From the NCBI GenBank assembly GCA_938024995.1, contig CALJDU010000034.1, forward strand, positions 18,046 through 82,045: a DNA stretch of 64,000 nt, given 5' to 3'. The stretch's first letter is position 1. Every line of letters begins with the position of its first letter. A program made the translations under genes and the position numbers. The stretch is from an uncultured bacterium (GTDB lineage Bacteria > Myxococcota_A > Polyangia > Polyangiales > Houyiibacteriaceae). A model generated the notes under the pieces. It was not told the origin of the DNA, made no database searches, and saw nothing but the letters and a program-made list of their open reading frames with translations. Below are positions 18,230 to 27,243 of the stretch, in pieces.

Positions 18230-19675
18230 TCAGGCGCCGCCTTCGGGGCCGAAGTCGTGCGGCAAGCTCCCGCGAGGCGACCGCAAGTAGACGAACGGCG
18301 TCTGCACGCAGAAGTTGCTGACGCGTGACGTGTAGGCGTCGGCGTTTCGCTCCACGTGCTTCGCGAGCATGCTCTTGTCGTTGCCGGCGCGCATGAGCAG
18401 ACCCCACCGCGTGTTGGCGAGCTGTGACCCGGCCTTCGCGAGCGGAGCGATCTTGGCGTCGAGCGCCACGAGCTCGGCGCGGAGCGACTGCATGCGCTTC
18501 TTCAGCGTCTCGGCGTCTTCGGTCGGCGCCGGGCCGTAGCCCTTGTCGAGCCGCTGGAGGTCCAGACGAGCACACGAGAAGAGGTGCTCGAGCACGGTCT
18601 TCTGATCCATGAACGCGCTGAGCTTCTCTTGGTCTTGCTTGAAGCCGTCGAGCGCGGCGAGATCTTCCTCGAGCTCTCGGACGACCAGCGCGGTTCGCCA
18701 TCGGTGCATCTTCTTGCTGATCTTGACGTCCGCGAAGAGGTGGTCGCCGACGTAGAGAATGTCTTCGCCGCGAACGTCGAGGTGCTTCTCGATCACCGCC
18801 GCGGTCCCGCCGTGATAGACGCCGCCTTCTCTCAGGTCGCCCATCTCTGGCCGCATGAGGCCCTGCTCAGTGTCGACGATTTCGTAGATCGGCTTTCGGC
18901 TCGCGAAGAAGTCGGGCTTCTTCGCGGCGACCACGACCAGATCAAAGAGGTCACGCCACGTCCCATCCGGAACGAAGCGATCAAACGCATAGGTCATCAT
19001 CGCGCTGGTGTACGCCCAGCCCGAGTTCGTGATGAGCAGGACCTTCTTGCCGGCAGCGCGCAGGTCCTGGAGCGCGAGCGGGACCGCCGGGTCGAGCTCC
19101 ACGAAGCGATCCGGGTTCGCGATGATGTCCTCTTTGAGCTGACCCATCATGTGCGTCTCGTCGATGCTGGCGCGCACCGCGTTGTACACGTCGCGGTAGC
19201 TCATCGGCTGTTCGAGCTTGCCCGCATCAAGGAGGTCAACGCCCTGCGCGAAGAGGCAGGCTTCCGACATTCCGAAGAGCGTGTTGAGGAAGCGCCAGCG
19301 AGGCTCCGACAGATCGACGACCACCCGCGCATAGCTCTCGCGCTGCTCTGGGTACTCGAGCATGTGCGTGCCGTGCGCCGCGCGCTTGACGTACCCGAAG
19401 CGGTTCGCCTTCACGATGTTGCCGCGATCGATATCGAAGATCAGTCCGAGCGTCGCGAACTCTGGATCAAACTTGCAGTCCGCCATCGGCCAACCGCGCG
19501 CGATTAAGCGCTCCTTCGCGAGGTGGTAGGCATGGGACTCCCAGACCTCCACCTTGTAGTGGATGAGGGTGTAATCCATGTCGAAGCCGACCGCGCGGAG
19601 ACCGCGCAGGTTGAGCGTTCGGTTGCAGTACATGCGCTCTGTGGGCGGGATCTCACCGCGCTCAAGTTCGACCAT
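18230..19675 (-). CDS. HAD-IG family 5'-nucleotidase (cytosolic nucleotidase II-like)
   Basis: It has IYCNR-like MYCNRTLNLRGLRAVGFDMDYTLIHY (HAD motif I DMDYT) and KKVLLITNSGWAYT. The C-terminal string ILYVGDHLFADV carries the final Asp motif. Confidence 0.85.
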   Translation of the reverse strand: MVELERGEIPPTERMYCNRTLNLRGLRAVGFDMDYTLIHYKVEVWESHAYHLAKERLIARGWPMADCKFDPEFATLGLIFDIDRGNIVKANRFGYVKRAAHGTHMLEYPEQRESYARVVVDLSEPRWRFLNTLFGMSEACLFAQGVDLLDAGKLEQPMSYRDVYNAVRASIDETHMMGQLKEDIIANPDRFVELDPAVPLALQDLRAAGKKVLLITNSGWAYTSAMMTYAFDRFVPDGTWRDLFDLVVVAAKKPDFFASRKPIYEIVDTEQGLMRPEMGDLREGGVYHGGTAAVIEKHLDVRGEDILYVGDHLFADVKISKKMHRWRTALVVRELEEDLAALDGFKQDQEKLSAFMDQKTVLEHLFSCARLDLQRLDKGYGPAPTEDAETLKKRMQSLRAELVALDAKIAPLAKAGSQLANTRWGLLMRAGNDKSMLAKHVERNADAYTSRVSNFCVQTPFVYLRSPRGSLPHDFGPEGGA

Positions 19676-19922
19676 GGGACCGTCCTATCACAGACCACGA
19701 CTGACGCGCTCGCCGGTCGCACGTTCTGAGCGGGTCCTCCGCCCGCTTTGGCCTCTCAAGGTCCCCGTCGATGCGGCGGATAGAGGGTGCCTGCGCGACC
19801 GCGTCACGCGGCTTCGCTCGTCCTCCACGACGCCGCTTCGTCTGGCCAACATCGCCGGCGGTCCGCGACTTCTTCTGGAGTCCTCTTGCGAGTCACGGCC
19901 ACGCCTTCACAATGCGACCGCT

Positions 19923-20444
19923 GTGAACCAGGACCCCAACGAAGACGCCCTCAGTGAATCCGACGCCGAGAAGTGGAGCGAGGTCGAGGAAGGCATCGAG
20001 CTCTTGCAGATCGGCGAGCGCGAAGAGGCCGTGAACGAGCTGCTCAAGGTCGCGACCGCCCACCCCGCGAACGAGTACGCGCACTTCTTTCTCGGCAACG
20101 CCTACTACGAGCGCGAGACCTACCCGCAAGCGCTCAAGTGCTTCGTCACGACGCTGTCGATCGCGCCCAAACACCTCGGCGCGATGATCGGCGCGGGTCA
20201 GAGCCTCCGGATGCTCGGCGAGCACGAGAAGGCGCTCCGGATGGGTCGCCAGGTGCTCGGGCTCCGCAAAGACGATCCCGACGCGCTCTTCTTGGTCGGC
20301 GCGGTTCACTTCCAGCGCGGCGAGGAGCACGCGGCCAAGCTTCACCTGGAGCGCTTCCTCCACACCAACCCCGAGATCGAGATCGCGCTCGAGGTGGAGG
20401 GCATGCTCCAGATGCTTCGCAAGAACGAGGACCCGAAGAGCTGA
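19923..20444 (+). CDS. TPR-repeat protein (start uncertain)
   Basis: TPR strings include AHFFLGNAYYERETYPQALKCFVTTLSIAPKH and ALFLVGAVHFQRGEEHAAKLHLERFL. The ORF-track start at 19578 overlaps the divergent nucleotidase gene and encodes an Arg-rich non-protein-like leader. The GTG at 19923 is the first in-frame start near the TPR body. Confidence 0.6.
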   Translation: MNQDPNEDALSESDAEKWSEVEEGIELLQIGEREEAVNELLKVATAHPANEYAHFFLGNAYYERETYPQALKCFVTTLSIAPKHLGAMIGAGQSLRMLGEHEKALRMGRQVLGLRKDDPDALFLVGAVHFQRGEEHAAKLHLERFLHTNPEIEIALEVEGMLQMLRKNEDPKS

Positions 20445-20447
20445 CAC

Positions 20448-21644
20448 ATGGACGCCGTCTACAAGAGTGAGCTGAACGCGGACGTCCCGCTCGCGTCACC
20501 TGGTGAGTTTCAGCCCGTCTCGATCGGGCCGCTGAAGGTGTGGCCGCCAGTCGTCCTCGCGCCGATGGCGGGCGTGACGAATTGGCCGTTTCGGCAGATC
20601 TGTCGTCGCTTTGGCGCCGGGCTCTACGTCAGCGAGATGATCACGGCGCGACCGCTCGTCGAGGGGCGCGCCAAAGCGGTTAAGCTCGCTGACTTTGGCG
20701 AGGGAGAGTCGCCACGCTCTCTGCAGATCTACGGCGTCGATCCACACTTCGTCGGCGAAGCGGTGAAGCTCTTGGTCAGCGAAGGTCGCGTGGATCACGT
20801 CGACATGAACTTCGGGTGCCCGGTCCGAAAGGTCACCAGCAAAGGCGGCGGCTCCGCCATTCCGGTCAAGCCCAACTTGCTCCGGAGCATCGTGCGGGCC
20901 GCCGTGACCAACGCGGGAGACGTGCCGGTCACGATCAAGTTCCGCATGGGGATCAATGAGGAGCTGATGACCTTCGAGGAGGCCGGGCGCATCGGTGAGG
21001 GCGAGGGATGCGCGGCGGTCGCGCTACACGCCCGGACGGCCGCGCAGCTGTACGACGGCGAGGCGCGGTGGAGCTCCATCGCGAGGCTCAAAGAGGTCGT
21101 GAAGACCATCCCGGTGCTCGGTAACGGCGACATCTGGGAAGGTTATGACGCGCTCCGGATGATGCGGGAGACCGGATGCGACGGAGTCGTGGTGGGACGC
21201 GGTTGTCTCGGTCGCCCGTGGATCTTTAGAGACCTCGCGGACGTGTTCGGTGACGAAGCCGGCGGAGGACGCGAGCCGCGAGACCCGCCTCGCTTCGGCG
21301 AGATCGCGGCGATCATGTTGGAGCACGCCACACTACTGGCGAGCTGGATGGGCGAGCTGCACGCGATGCGCGCGTTCCGGCGGCACGCCAGCTGGTACAC
21401 CAAGGGCTTCCGCGGCAGCGCACAAATGCGGCGCGCGCTCATGAAGGTCGAGACGCTTGAGGTCCTCAAGGAGACGCTCGCGACGGGTGACCAGGACGAG
21501 CCCTTTCCGCCGACCGCGATGCGGGTCGCGCGCGGCAAGACCGCGGGGACGCAGCGGGTCTCGCTTCCGCACGGTTATCTGGACGACCTCGAGGACGCCA
21601 CGCCGCCGGTCGCGGGAGCCGCCGCGTGGCACTCCGGCGGGTGA
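20448..21644 (+). CDS. dus: tRNA-dihydrouridine synthase
   Basis: It has VVLAPMAGVTNWPFRQICRRFGAGLYVSEMI, DHVDMNFGCPVRKV and VTIKFRMG. The C-terminal helical domain is present. Confidence 0.9.
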   Translation: MDAVYKSELNADVPLASPGEFQPVSIGPLKVWPPVVLAPMAGVTNWPFRQICRRFGAGLYVSEMITARPLVEGRAKAVKLADFGEGESPRSLQIYGVDPHFVGEAVKLLVSEGRVDHVDMNFGCPVRKVTSKGGGSAIPVKPNLLRSIVRAAVTNAGDVPVTIKFRMGINEELMTFEEAGRIGEGEGCAAVALHARTAAQLYDGEARWSSIARLKEVVKTIPVLGNGDIWEGYDALRMMRETGCDGVVVGRGCLGRPWIFRDLADVFGDEAGGGREPRDPPRFGEIAAIMLEHATLLASWMGELHAMRAFRRHASWYTKGFRGSAQMRRALMKVETLEVLKETLATGDQDEPFPPTAMRVARGKTAGTQRVSLPHGYLDDLEDATPPVAGAAAWHSGG

Positions 21645-21704
21645 GGCACGAACAAACGGGGAACGATCCGGTTCGGCGCATCGTATGCTCCGCGAGGTGA
21701 TTCT

Positions 21705-23285
21705 TTGAACGAGGTCCGCGCGCTCTTCCCTTGGTGGGTCTCCGTCATGCCGACCGTGATGTACGGCTTGGTCTGCGCTTTGGTGTCGACCATCGCGATG
21801 AGCTGGGTCGCGAAGCAAAGCCAAGTGGAGCTCCCGGCCGGGACGCACTGGACCACGCAGCACGCCTTGCGCTTCCCGGGTCGGGTCGCCGCGGGACTGA
21901 TGGCGTTTGTCCTCCCGCTCTTCTGCGCGATGTTCGGCGCGATCATCATCGCCTCGCCGCTTCAATACGGTGGAGCGCTCGGGATGGCGCTCGTCGGCGC
22001 CGTCGTCTCGCTCGTCGCCAGCACGCCGTGGCGAGTGTCCATTGAGCGACGCTCGGTGCCGATGACGCTGGCCGAGTACGGACGCGGCGTTGTCGTCCGC
22101 TTCCTCTTTTTCTTCTGGCCGGTCTTCGTGTTGCCCGTCATGTGGGCGATTACCGGCGACGCGATCGACTACCGCATGGGAGTCGCCGCGCTCGTGGGCG
22201 TCTTGATGTGCGCGGCCTTCATCGGCGGCGTTGGTCGCCCCATCGGCCAGGCGCTCGGCGTGCTCTTGCCCGCCGACGAACGACTCGCGCGATTGGTGCG
22301 CCGCGCCGCGATCAAGAGCGGAGTGACGCCACGCGCGACGTACCTTCTTCGCTGGCCGACTCACAACGCCTTCGCGCTCCCGTTCCCGATGCACGTCGGC
22401 GTCACGGAGCGGACCATGGAGTCGTTCGAGGACCATGAGGTCAGCGCGATTCTCCATCATGAGCTGGGCCACCTCGCGGAGAGCGCGAAGAGAAAATGGT
22501 CGCGGTTGCTCCCGCTCGTGTTCTTGCTCCCGCTCGGGCTCGTTGTTCCGCTCAACGCGCGCTTCGGGCCGGGCGCGGTGCTCGGGTTCGTCTGGTCTCT
22601 TTTGATCATCCTGTTCTTCGTGAAGCGACGGAGGGTCACGACCGCGGAGGAGGAGGCCGACGCGCACGCGCACGAACACGAAGAAGACGAGGGGGTCTAC
22701 GCAAAGACGCTCGAGGCGCTCTACCAAAGGAACGGGATGCCAGCGGTCTTGGCGCAGACGCGAGCGCACCCCAACCTCTATGACCGCATGGTCGACTCTG
22801 GCGTCACGCCCGACTATCCGCGCCCGTCTCCTGCCAAGCGGCGGAAGTGGGTCCTCGAGGTGGTGCCGATCGTCTTCGTCGTCCTCTCGCTCTCGGCGTA
22901 CTGCTTGGGCGCATCGATGTTGGGATCGGTGTCAGAAGAGCTCGACGATCCCGCGTTCGCGTTCGCGGCGCCTTCGCCGAACGATATGGGTTACCTCGGC
23001 GCGAACACGCTTGAGACGGATCCCGAGCGCGCGATCGTGATGCTGGAGATGGCGGCGAAAGAGCGACCCGACTGGCAGTACTCGTTGTGGCTGGCTCACG
23101 CCAACGCGCGGGCGGGACATTGCGACGAGGCGCGTCGGGAAGCGGCGGAGGCCGCCGTGCTCCTGCAGGAGTCTCAGCCTCAGGTGATGCACGCAGAAGG
23201 GCCGCCGGAGGACTGGTGGATGCATGAGGCGTCGCAGGCCGCGTGGGACGCGATCGACCTGTGCGTCGCGGCGCGCGATCAGTAG
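21705..23285 (+). CDS. Membrane M48-like zinc metallopeptidase with C-terminal helical/TPR-like region
   Basis: Several N-terminal TM segments precede the HExxH motif in ILHHELGHLAES. The TTG start is taken from the track, and an ATG 10 codons downstream (MPTVMYG) is an alternative. The - ORF 21333..22769 is an antisense shadow. Confidence 0.7.
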   Translation: MNEVRALFPWWVSVMPTVMYGLVCALVSTIAMSWVAKQSQVELPAGTHWTTQHALRFPGRVAAGLMAFVLPLFCAMFGAIIIASPLQYGGALGMALVGAVVSLVASTPWRVSIERRSVPMTLAEYGRGVVVRFLFFFWPVFVLPVMWAITGDAIDYRMGVAALVGVLMCAAFIGGVGRPIGQALGVLLPADERLARLVRRAAIKSGVTPRATYLLRWPTHNAFALPFPMHVGVTERTMESFEDHEVSAILHHELGHLAESAKRKWSRLLPLVFLLPLGLVVPLNARFGPGAVLGFVWSLLIILFFVKRRRVTTAEEEADAHAHEHEEDEGVYAKTLEALYQRNGMPAVLAQTRAHPNLYDRMVDSGVTPDYPRPSPAKRRKWVLEVVPIVFVVLSLSAYCLGASMLGSVSEELDDPAFAFAAPSPNDMGYLGANTLETDPERAIVMLEMAAKERPDWQYSLWLAHANARAGHCDEARREAAEAAVLLQESQPQVMHAEGPPEDWWMHEASQAAWDAIDLCVAARDQ

Positions 23286-23306
23286 CGGCGCGCGATCAGT
23301 AGCGGC
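23273..23306. repeat. 17-bp tandem duplication (GCGCGATCAGTAGCGGC x2, plus a partial third) spanning the peptidase stop codon
   Basis: Read directly from the sequence: copies at 23273-23289 and 23290-23306. The TAG stop at 23283-23285 lies inside copy 1. Confidence 0.9.
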
Positions 23307-23314
23307 GCGCGACG

Positions 23315-24661
23315 CTAGTCGAAGAGCTTGCGGATCTTCGTGAGCAGGCGCTTGGGTCGCGTGTTCCTCTTTCCGATCCGCTTGCTCAGCCGCGCCACGC
23401 GTCGCGCGTCCTCGCCGAGCTCGCGCGCGGCCGCCGCGTGTTCCCACGCCTTCGAGAGGTCCTTCAGCCGGTGTTCGTAGAGCTTGCTCAGCTCGACGCG
23501 CACGAAAAGCTGACGGTCGCGGGTGTCTTCGGCCGAGGCGCAGAGCGCGTCGAGCAGAGCGCGTTCCTCTTGGTCCGCTTGAAGCGCGACGCCACCGCGG
23601 CGCGCGACCCGGGCCGCGAGGAGATGCGCGTCGACCGCGGTGTCCGCTTTGCCGGCGCCCGCCGCGGCGGCGGCGGCAAAGGCGAGGGCGCGCTTGGGAT
23701 CGCCCGCGCGTTCGGCGACTCGCGCGTATGACAAGTGATCGCGGGGATCGTCCTCGCGGTTGACGCCCTCGAAGTGATCATTGAGCCACCCGAGCAGCGC
23801 AGCGAGCGCGATGAGGTCGTTCCCGTTGTGCTCGATGACGCCTTGCATCGGTTGGGGATCGCCGCCGCGCAAGAACGTGGTGTAGACGCCGGGGATCTCG
23901 GCGCCGCCGATGTCGTCCACGCGCGTCATGCCGAGGACCTCTTCCTCCATGTTGACGAGCCGCACGGACTCCATGCGTCGCTTGAACACGCGGCGTGAAC
24001 AGTGAAGCAAATCAAGGTGCGGCGGGAGGACGGGGGCCTTAACGCGGTTCATCACGTAGCGCGATCGCAACAGCGGCCAGTCGAAGCTCTTTCCGTTGTA
24101 GCTGACGACGCACGACGCCCACTCGATCCGCTCCTTGAGCGCGTGCAGCATCGGCGGCTCTCGGCCGAGCTCGGTCAGCACGTACTGCTGGACGCGTAGG
24201 GACTCGTCCTCGAACCACGCGGCACCGATCAAAAACGGGATCGTTCCCGTGCCGCCGGAGAGCCCGGTGGTCTCGGTGTCGATGAGAAGCATTCGCTTGA
24301 AGTCGACGTTCTCGAAGACAGGGTCGATCGCGAGCGTCGCGACGGTCTGAGGATCGACGGCGAGCGCGCGGACGACGGGCGTATCACCGTGGTGGTGCGC
24401 GGGCTCAAGATAGGTGTCGACGAGGTGCATTGGCCCATGCGCGGTCTCGACGCGATCGCCAGGCAGCGCCCTGACCCGTGGCGCGCGTCGCACCGGACCG
24501 CGCGCGCGGAGCTCGCTTCGCCCGCTCGAGATGAGCTCACTGATCGCGCTGCGCATCTTTCGGATCCGCGCGTCCTTCTCGGTCCGCTCTGGTTTGACGA
24601 GCGCGCGCGAACCGGGGCCTGCGTTGCCGAGCCGCGCGAGCTTCTTTCCGATCCGGCTCAT
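23315..24661 (-). CDS. RNase H-like DEDDh exonuclease with C-terminal TPR-like region (YprB/MrfB-like)
   Basis: I moved the start to the ATG at 24661 (MSRIGKK), because the track start at 24829 overlaps the upstream helicase. Exo motifs are LLIDTETTGL, SYNGKSFDWPLL and HNGNDLIALAAL. The C-terminal half is helical and Ala-rich. It lies 43 nt downstream of the helicase gene. Confidence 0.75.
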   Translation of the reverse strand: MSRIGKKLARLGNAGPGSRALVKPERTEKDARIRKMRSAISELISSGRSELRARGPVRRAPRVRALPGDRVETAHGPMHLVDTYLEPAHHHGDTPVVRALAVDPQTVATLAIDPVFENVDFKRMLLIDTETTGLSGGTGTIPFLIGAAWFEDESLRVQQYVLTELGREPPMLHALKERIEWASCVVSYNGKSFDWPLLRSRYVMNRVKAPVLPPHLDLLHCSRRVFKRRMESVRLVNMEEEVLGMTRVDDIGGAEIPGVYTTFLRGGDPQPMQGVIEHNGNDLIALAALLGWLNDHFEGVNREDDPRDHLSYARVAERAGDPKRALAFAAAAAAGAGKADTAVDAHLLAARVARRGGVALQADQEERALLDALCASAEDTRDRQLFVRVELSKLYEHRLKDLSKAWEHAAAARELGEDARRVARLSKRIGKRNTRPKRLLTKIRKLFD

Positions 24662-24704
24662 CGCGCTTCGACTTGCGCTTCGACACGGTCGGGACGCGCG
24701 AGCA

Positions 24705-27110
24705 CTAGTGCACCGCCGGGACGCCGACTGCATCGAGGATCGCGAGCGTGAGATCGAGACGTTCGCGGGTGGGTCCACCTTCGGGTTCGACCCCGGCGTC
24801 CGGACCAATGCACGCGGGGCATCCAACACCGCAGTCGCAGCGCTCGATCACGACGCGGGTTCGGCGGAGCAGCGCGTCGCGCTCCTGAAAGAGCCGGGAG
24901 GCCAGACCGATTCCGCCCGCGACGCGATCAAAAAGAAAGAGGGTGGGGTCGAACCCGCGCGCCGAAGGTTCGCCGGCTTCGCCGTCTTGGAGCGTTCGTC
25001 CGAGGTCTCGCGGGTCGACCATCAAGCCGACGGTCGCGACCGTGTGCATCGCGTTGAGGATCCCGCGAAGCGCATCGATCACCGCGGGGCGGCGAACCGC
25101 GGCGCGCTCCAGCATCGTCGCGATGAAGTCCTCGGGGAACGTCAGCCAGAACGACGTCGTGTGCATTTGCATCTCGGGCAGGTGGACGTCGCCGTATCCC
25201 ACGTTCTCGTGGGTGTGGTACTTGATCTTCTTGTAGCCGACGACCTTCTCGACCACCGAGACCTCGCCCATCGCCGCGGGGAGCGCCACCTTCAGGTTCA
25301 GACCCGCGCCCTGATCTTGCTCCATGATCCGGACGTCGGTGTGGGTCATCGCGGTGGTGTAGTAGTCGGGCTTCACGCGGCGCACGTACGCTTTGTGGTT
25401 GTCGAAATCGAGCCGCTCGACCTGGAACTGCGCGCCCGCGTGTTGGTAGATGGCTTGCTCGTGAAGCATCGTGTGCGTACTGCGCCAGTCCATCTCCGCG
25501 ATGGTCTTGTCGGTGTCGAGATCGATCACGACGAAGTTGTCCCACCCGACGTTACGCAAAGAGACGTGATTCGCGGGATAGGCGTCGGTCGCCCAGTGAT
25601 AGGTGGAGCCGCCCGAGGCGTTCGGCGCCTCGTGGACGATTTCGTGATGCGCGAGGAACCCGAGCGCGTCCTTGAGCGAATCGATGGGGAGGTCGCCGAA
25701 GCGGTCGCCGTCTTCAAAGGGAAGCTCGAAGGCGGCGCACTTCAAGTGCTGGATCAGGATCTCGACATTGTCGGGGTCGATGCGGGCGTGCTCGATCGAG
25801 GCGTTCGTCAGCTGTTTCGGATCACGCGCGATAAACTGGTCGAGCGGGTTGCTTGAGGTCACGAGGACGCCGAGCGACTTCCCTTCACGGCGGCCGGCGC
25901 GGCCGAAACGTTGCCACGTGCCCGCGAGCGTCCCCGGGTATCCCGCGCAAATCACCGCGTCGAGTGAGCCCACATCGATACCGAGCTCAAGCGCGTTGGT
26001 CGCGACCACACAGCGGATGTCTCCCGCACGGAGGCTCCTTTCAATCGCGCGTCTCGCCTTCGGCAAGTACCCGCCGCGATACGCATGGATCATCGATGCG
26101 TCCAAGCCGTCCTGAGTGAAGCGATCGCGGAGGTACTTGAGCATGACCTCAACGCCGTTGCGGCTCTGGCCGAACACCAACGTGGGCACCTCGGCTTTTA
26201 CGAGGTCGGTGGCGAGACGAACGGTCGACTTGAGGTAGCTCGCGCGGATGCCGAGCTCGCGGTTCACGACGGGCGGGTTGTACACGAGCACTCTTCGCGC
26301 GCCGCGCGGTGCGCCGTTCTGATCGACGACCTCCACTTCGCGCCCCATGACGCGCGCGCCGTGCTCACGCGGGTTTCCAATCGTCGCGGACGCGCCGATG
26401 AAGACGGGGTCGCTCCCGTGGAAGCGCGCGACGCGGATCAAGCGCCGCATCACGTTGGCCAAGTGCGAGCCGAATACGCCGCGATAGGTGTGGAGCTCGT
26501 CGACCACGATGTAGCGCAGGTTCGCGAAGAGCCGCGCCCACGAAGCGTGATGCGGGAGAATGCCGGCGTGCAACATGTCGGGATTGGTGATGAGGACACC
26601 GGACCGCTGCCGCGCGACCCGGCGAGCGTCACCGGGGGTGTCGCCGTCGTATGTGATCGCGCCGTGGGCGAGATCCGCGTCCTGAAGAAAGCCGCGCAGC
26701 GACTCCTCCTGGTCGCGGCTCAGCGCCTTCGTGGGGAAGAGGTAGAGCGCGCGGGCGTCGTGCTCTTTCGCGAAAGCGTCGAGGACGGGGAGGTGGTAGC
26801 AGAGGCTCTTGCCGGACGCGGTCGGCGTGGCGACGACGAATGACTTCTTATCGCGGCCAAGTTCGAACGCGCGGGCCTGGTGCGAGTAGAGCTCGGAGAT
26901 GCCCCGCTTGACGAGGGCGTCTTTGACCTGGGGCGCGAGGTCGCTCGGGATCGGCGCGTACTCAGCGGGGACCGCGGGTTCCACGTGATCAAAAACGACG
27001 CTCTTCCGAACACGTCCCTTGTCCCACTTGGTCAACACGGACTCGAGGCCACGCGGAGAGGCCCACGGGAGGTCGGGCTTCGAGGTGAACGCCAGGCTCT
27101 TGTCGCTCAC
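24705..27110 (-). CDS. DEAD/DEAH-box helicase with C-terminal DUF1998/MZB zinc domain (YprA/MrfA-like)
   Basis: It has motif I ATPTASGKS, motif II VVDELHTYRG and motif VI QRFGRAGRR. The C-terminal Cys cluster is IERCDCGVGCPACIG. I chose the GTG start at 27110 (VSDKSLAF), which has GAGAGG 6 nt upstream. The track's additional 268 N-terminal residues are low-complexity Ser/Ala/Arg. Confidence 0.85.
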   Translation of the reverse strand: MSDKSLAFTSKPDLPWASPRGLESVLTKWDKGRVRKSVVFDHVEPAVPAEYAPIPSDLAPQVKDALVKRGISELYSHQARAFELGRDKKSFVVATPTASGKSLCYHLPVLDAFAKEHDARALYLFPTKALSRDQEESLRGFLQDADLAHGAITYDGDTPGDARRVARQRSGVLITNPDMLHAGILPHHASWARLFANLRYIVVDELHTYRGVFGSHLANVMRRLIRVARFHGSDPVFIGASATIGNPREHGARVMGREVEVVDQNGAPRGARRVLVYNPPVVNRELGIRASYLKSTVRLATDLVKAEVPTLVFGQSRNGVEVMLKYLRDRFTQDGLDASMIHAYRGGYLPKARRAIERSLRAGDIRCVVATNALELGIDVGSLDAVICAGYPGTLAGTWQRFGRAGRREGKSLGVLVTSSNPLDQFIARDPKQLTNASIEHARIDPDNVEILIQHLKCAAFELPFEDGDRFGDLPIDSLKDALGFLAHHEIVHEAPNASGGSTYHWATDAYPANHVSLRNVGWDNFVVIDLDTDKTIAEMDWRSTHTMLHEQAIYQHAGAQFQVERLDFDNHKAYVRRVKPDYYTTAMTHTDVRIMEQDQGAGLNLKVALPAAMGEVSVVEKVVGYKKIKYHTHENVGYGDVHLPEMQMHTTSFWLTFPEDFIATMLERAAVRRPAVIDALRGILNAMHTVATVGLMVDPRDLGRTLQDGEAGEPSARGFDPTLFLFDRVAGGIGLASRLFQERDALLRRTRVVIERCDCGVGCPACIGPDAGVEPEGGPTRERLDLTLAILDAVGVPAVH

Positions 27111-27243
27111 GAGCGACCTCTCTTCGAGCGTGCTTGAGCGATTCGGTGCGCGCCTGCCAACATGCGCAGGACTGTACGGACGCACAGGCTGGCGATCAAC
27201 AGACACTTCCGCGGAGGAGCACGATTTGCCATAACGAAGGCTG

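Noticed and set aside
19676-19922. Possible ncRNA or longer TPR gene 5' region in the 247-bp gap
   Set aside because: Only one short hairpin is present (AGCGGG..CCCGCT near 19730-19750). The in-frame translation is Arg-rich and not protein-like. There is insufficient evidence for any RNA family.
21333-22769. 478-aa - strand ORF
   Set aside because: It is Arg/Asp/Glu/His-rich low complexity, antisense to the M48-like membrane peptidase and the 3' end of dus.
24705-27110. Reading the DUF1998 helicase as part of a DISARM/Druantia-type phage defence system
   Set aside because: No adjacent methyltransferase, PLD nuclease or very large DruE-type protein is present. The partner is a YprB-type DEDDh exonuclease, which fits the MrfAB repair pair better. 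The possibility is kept as a caveat in the finding.
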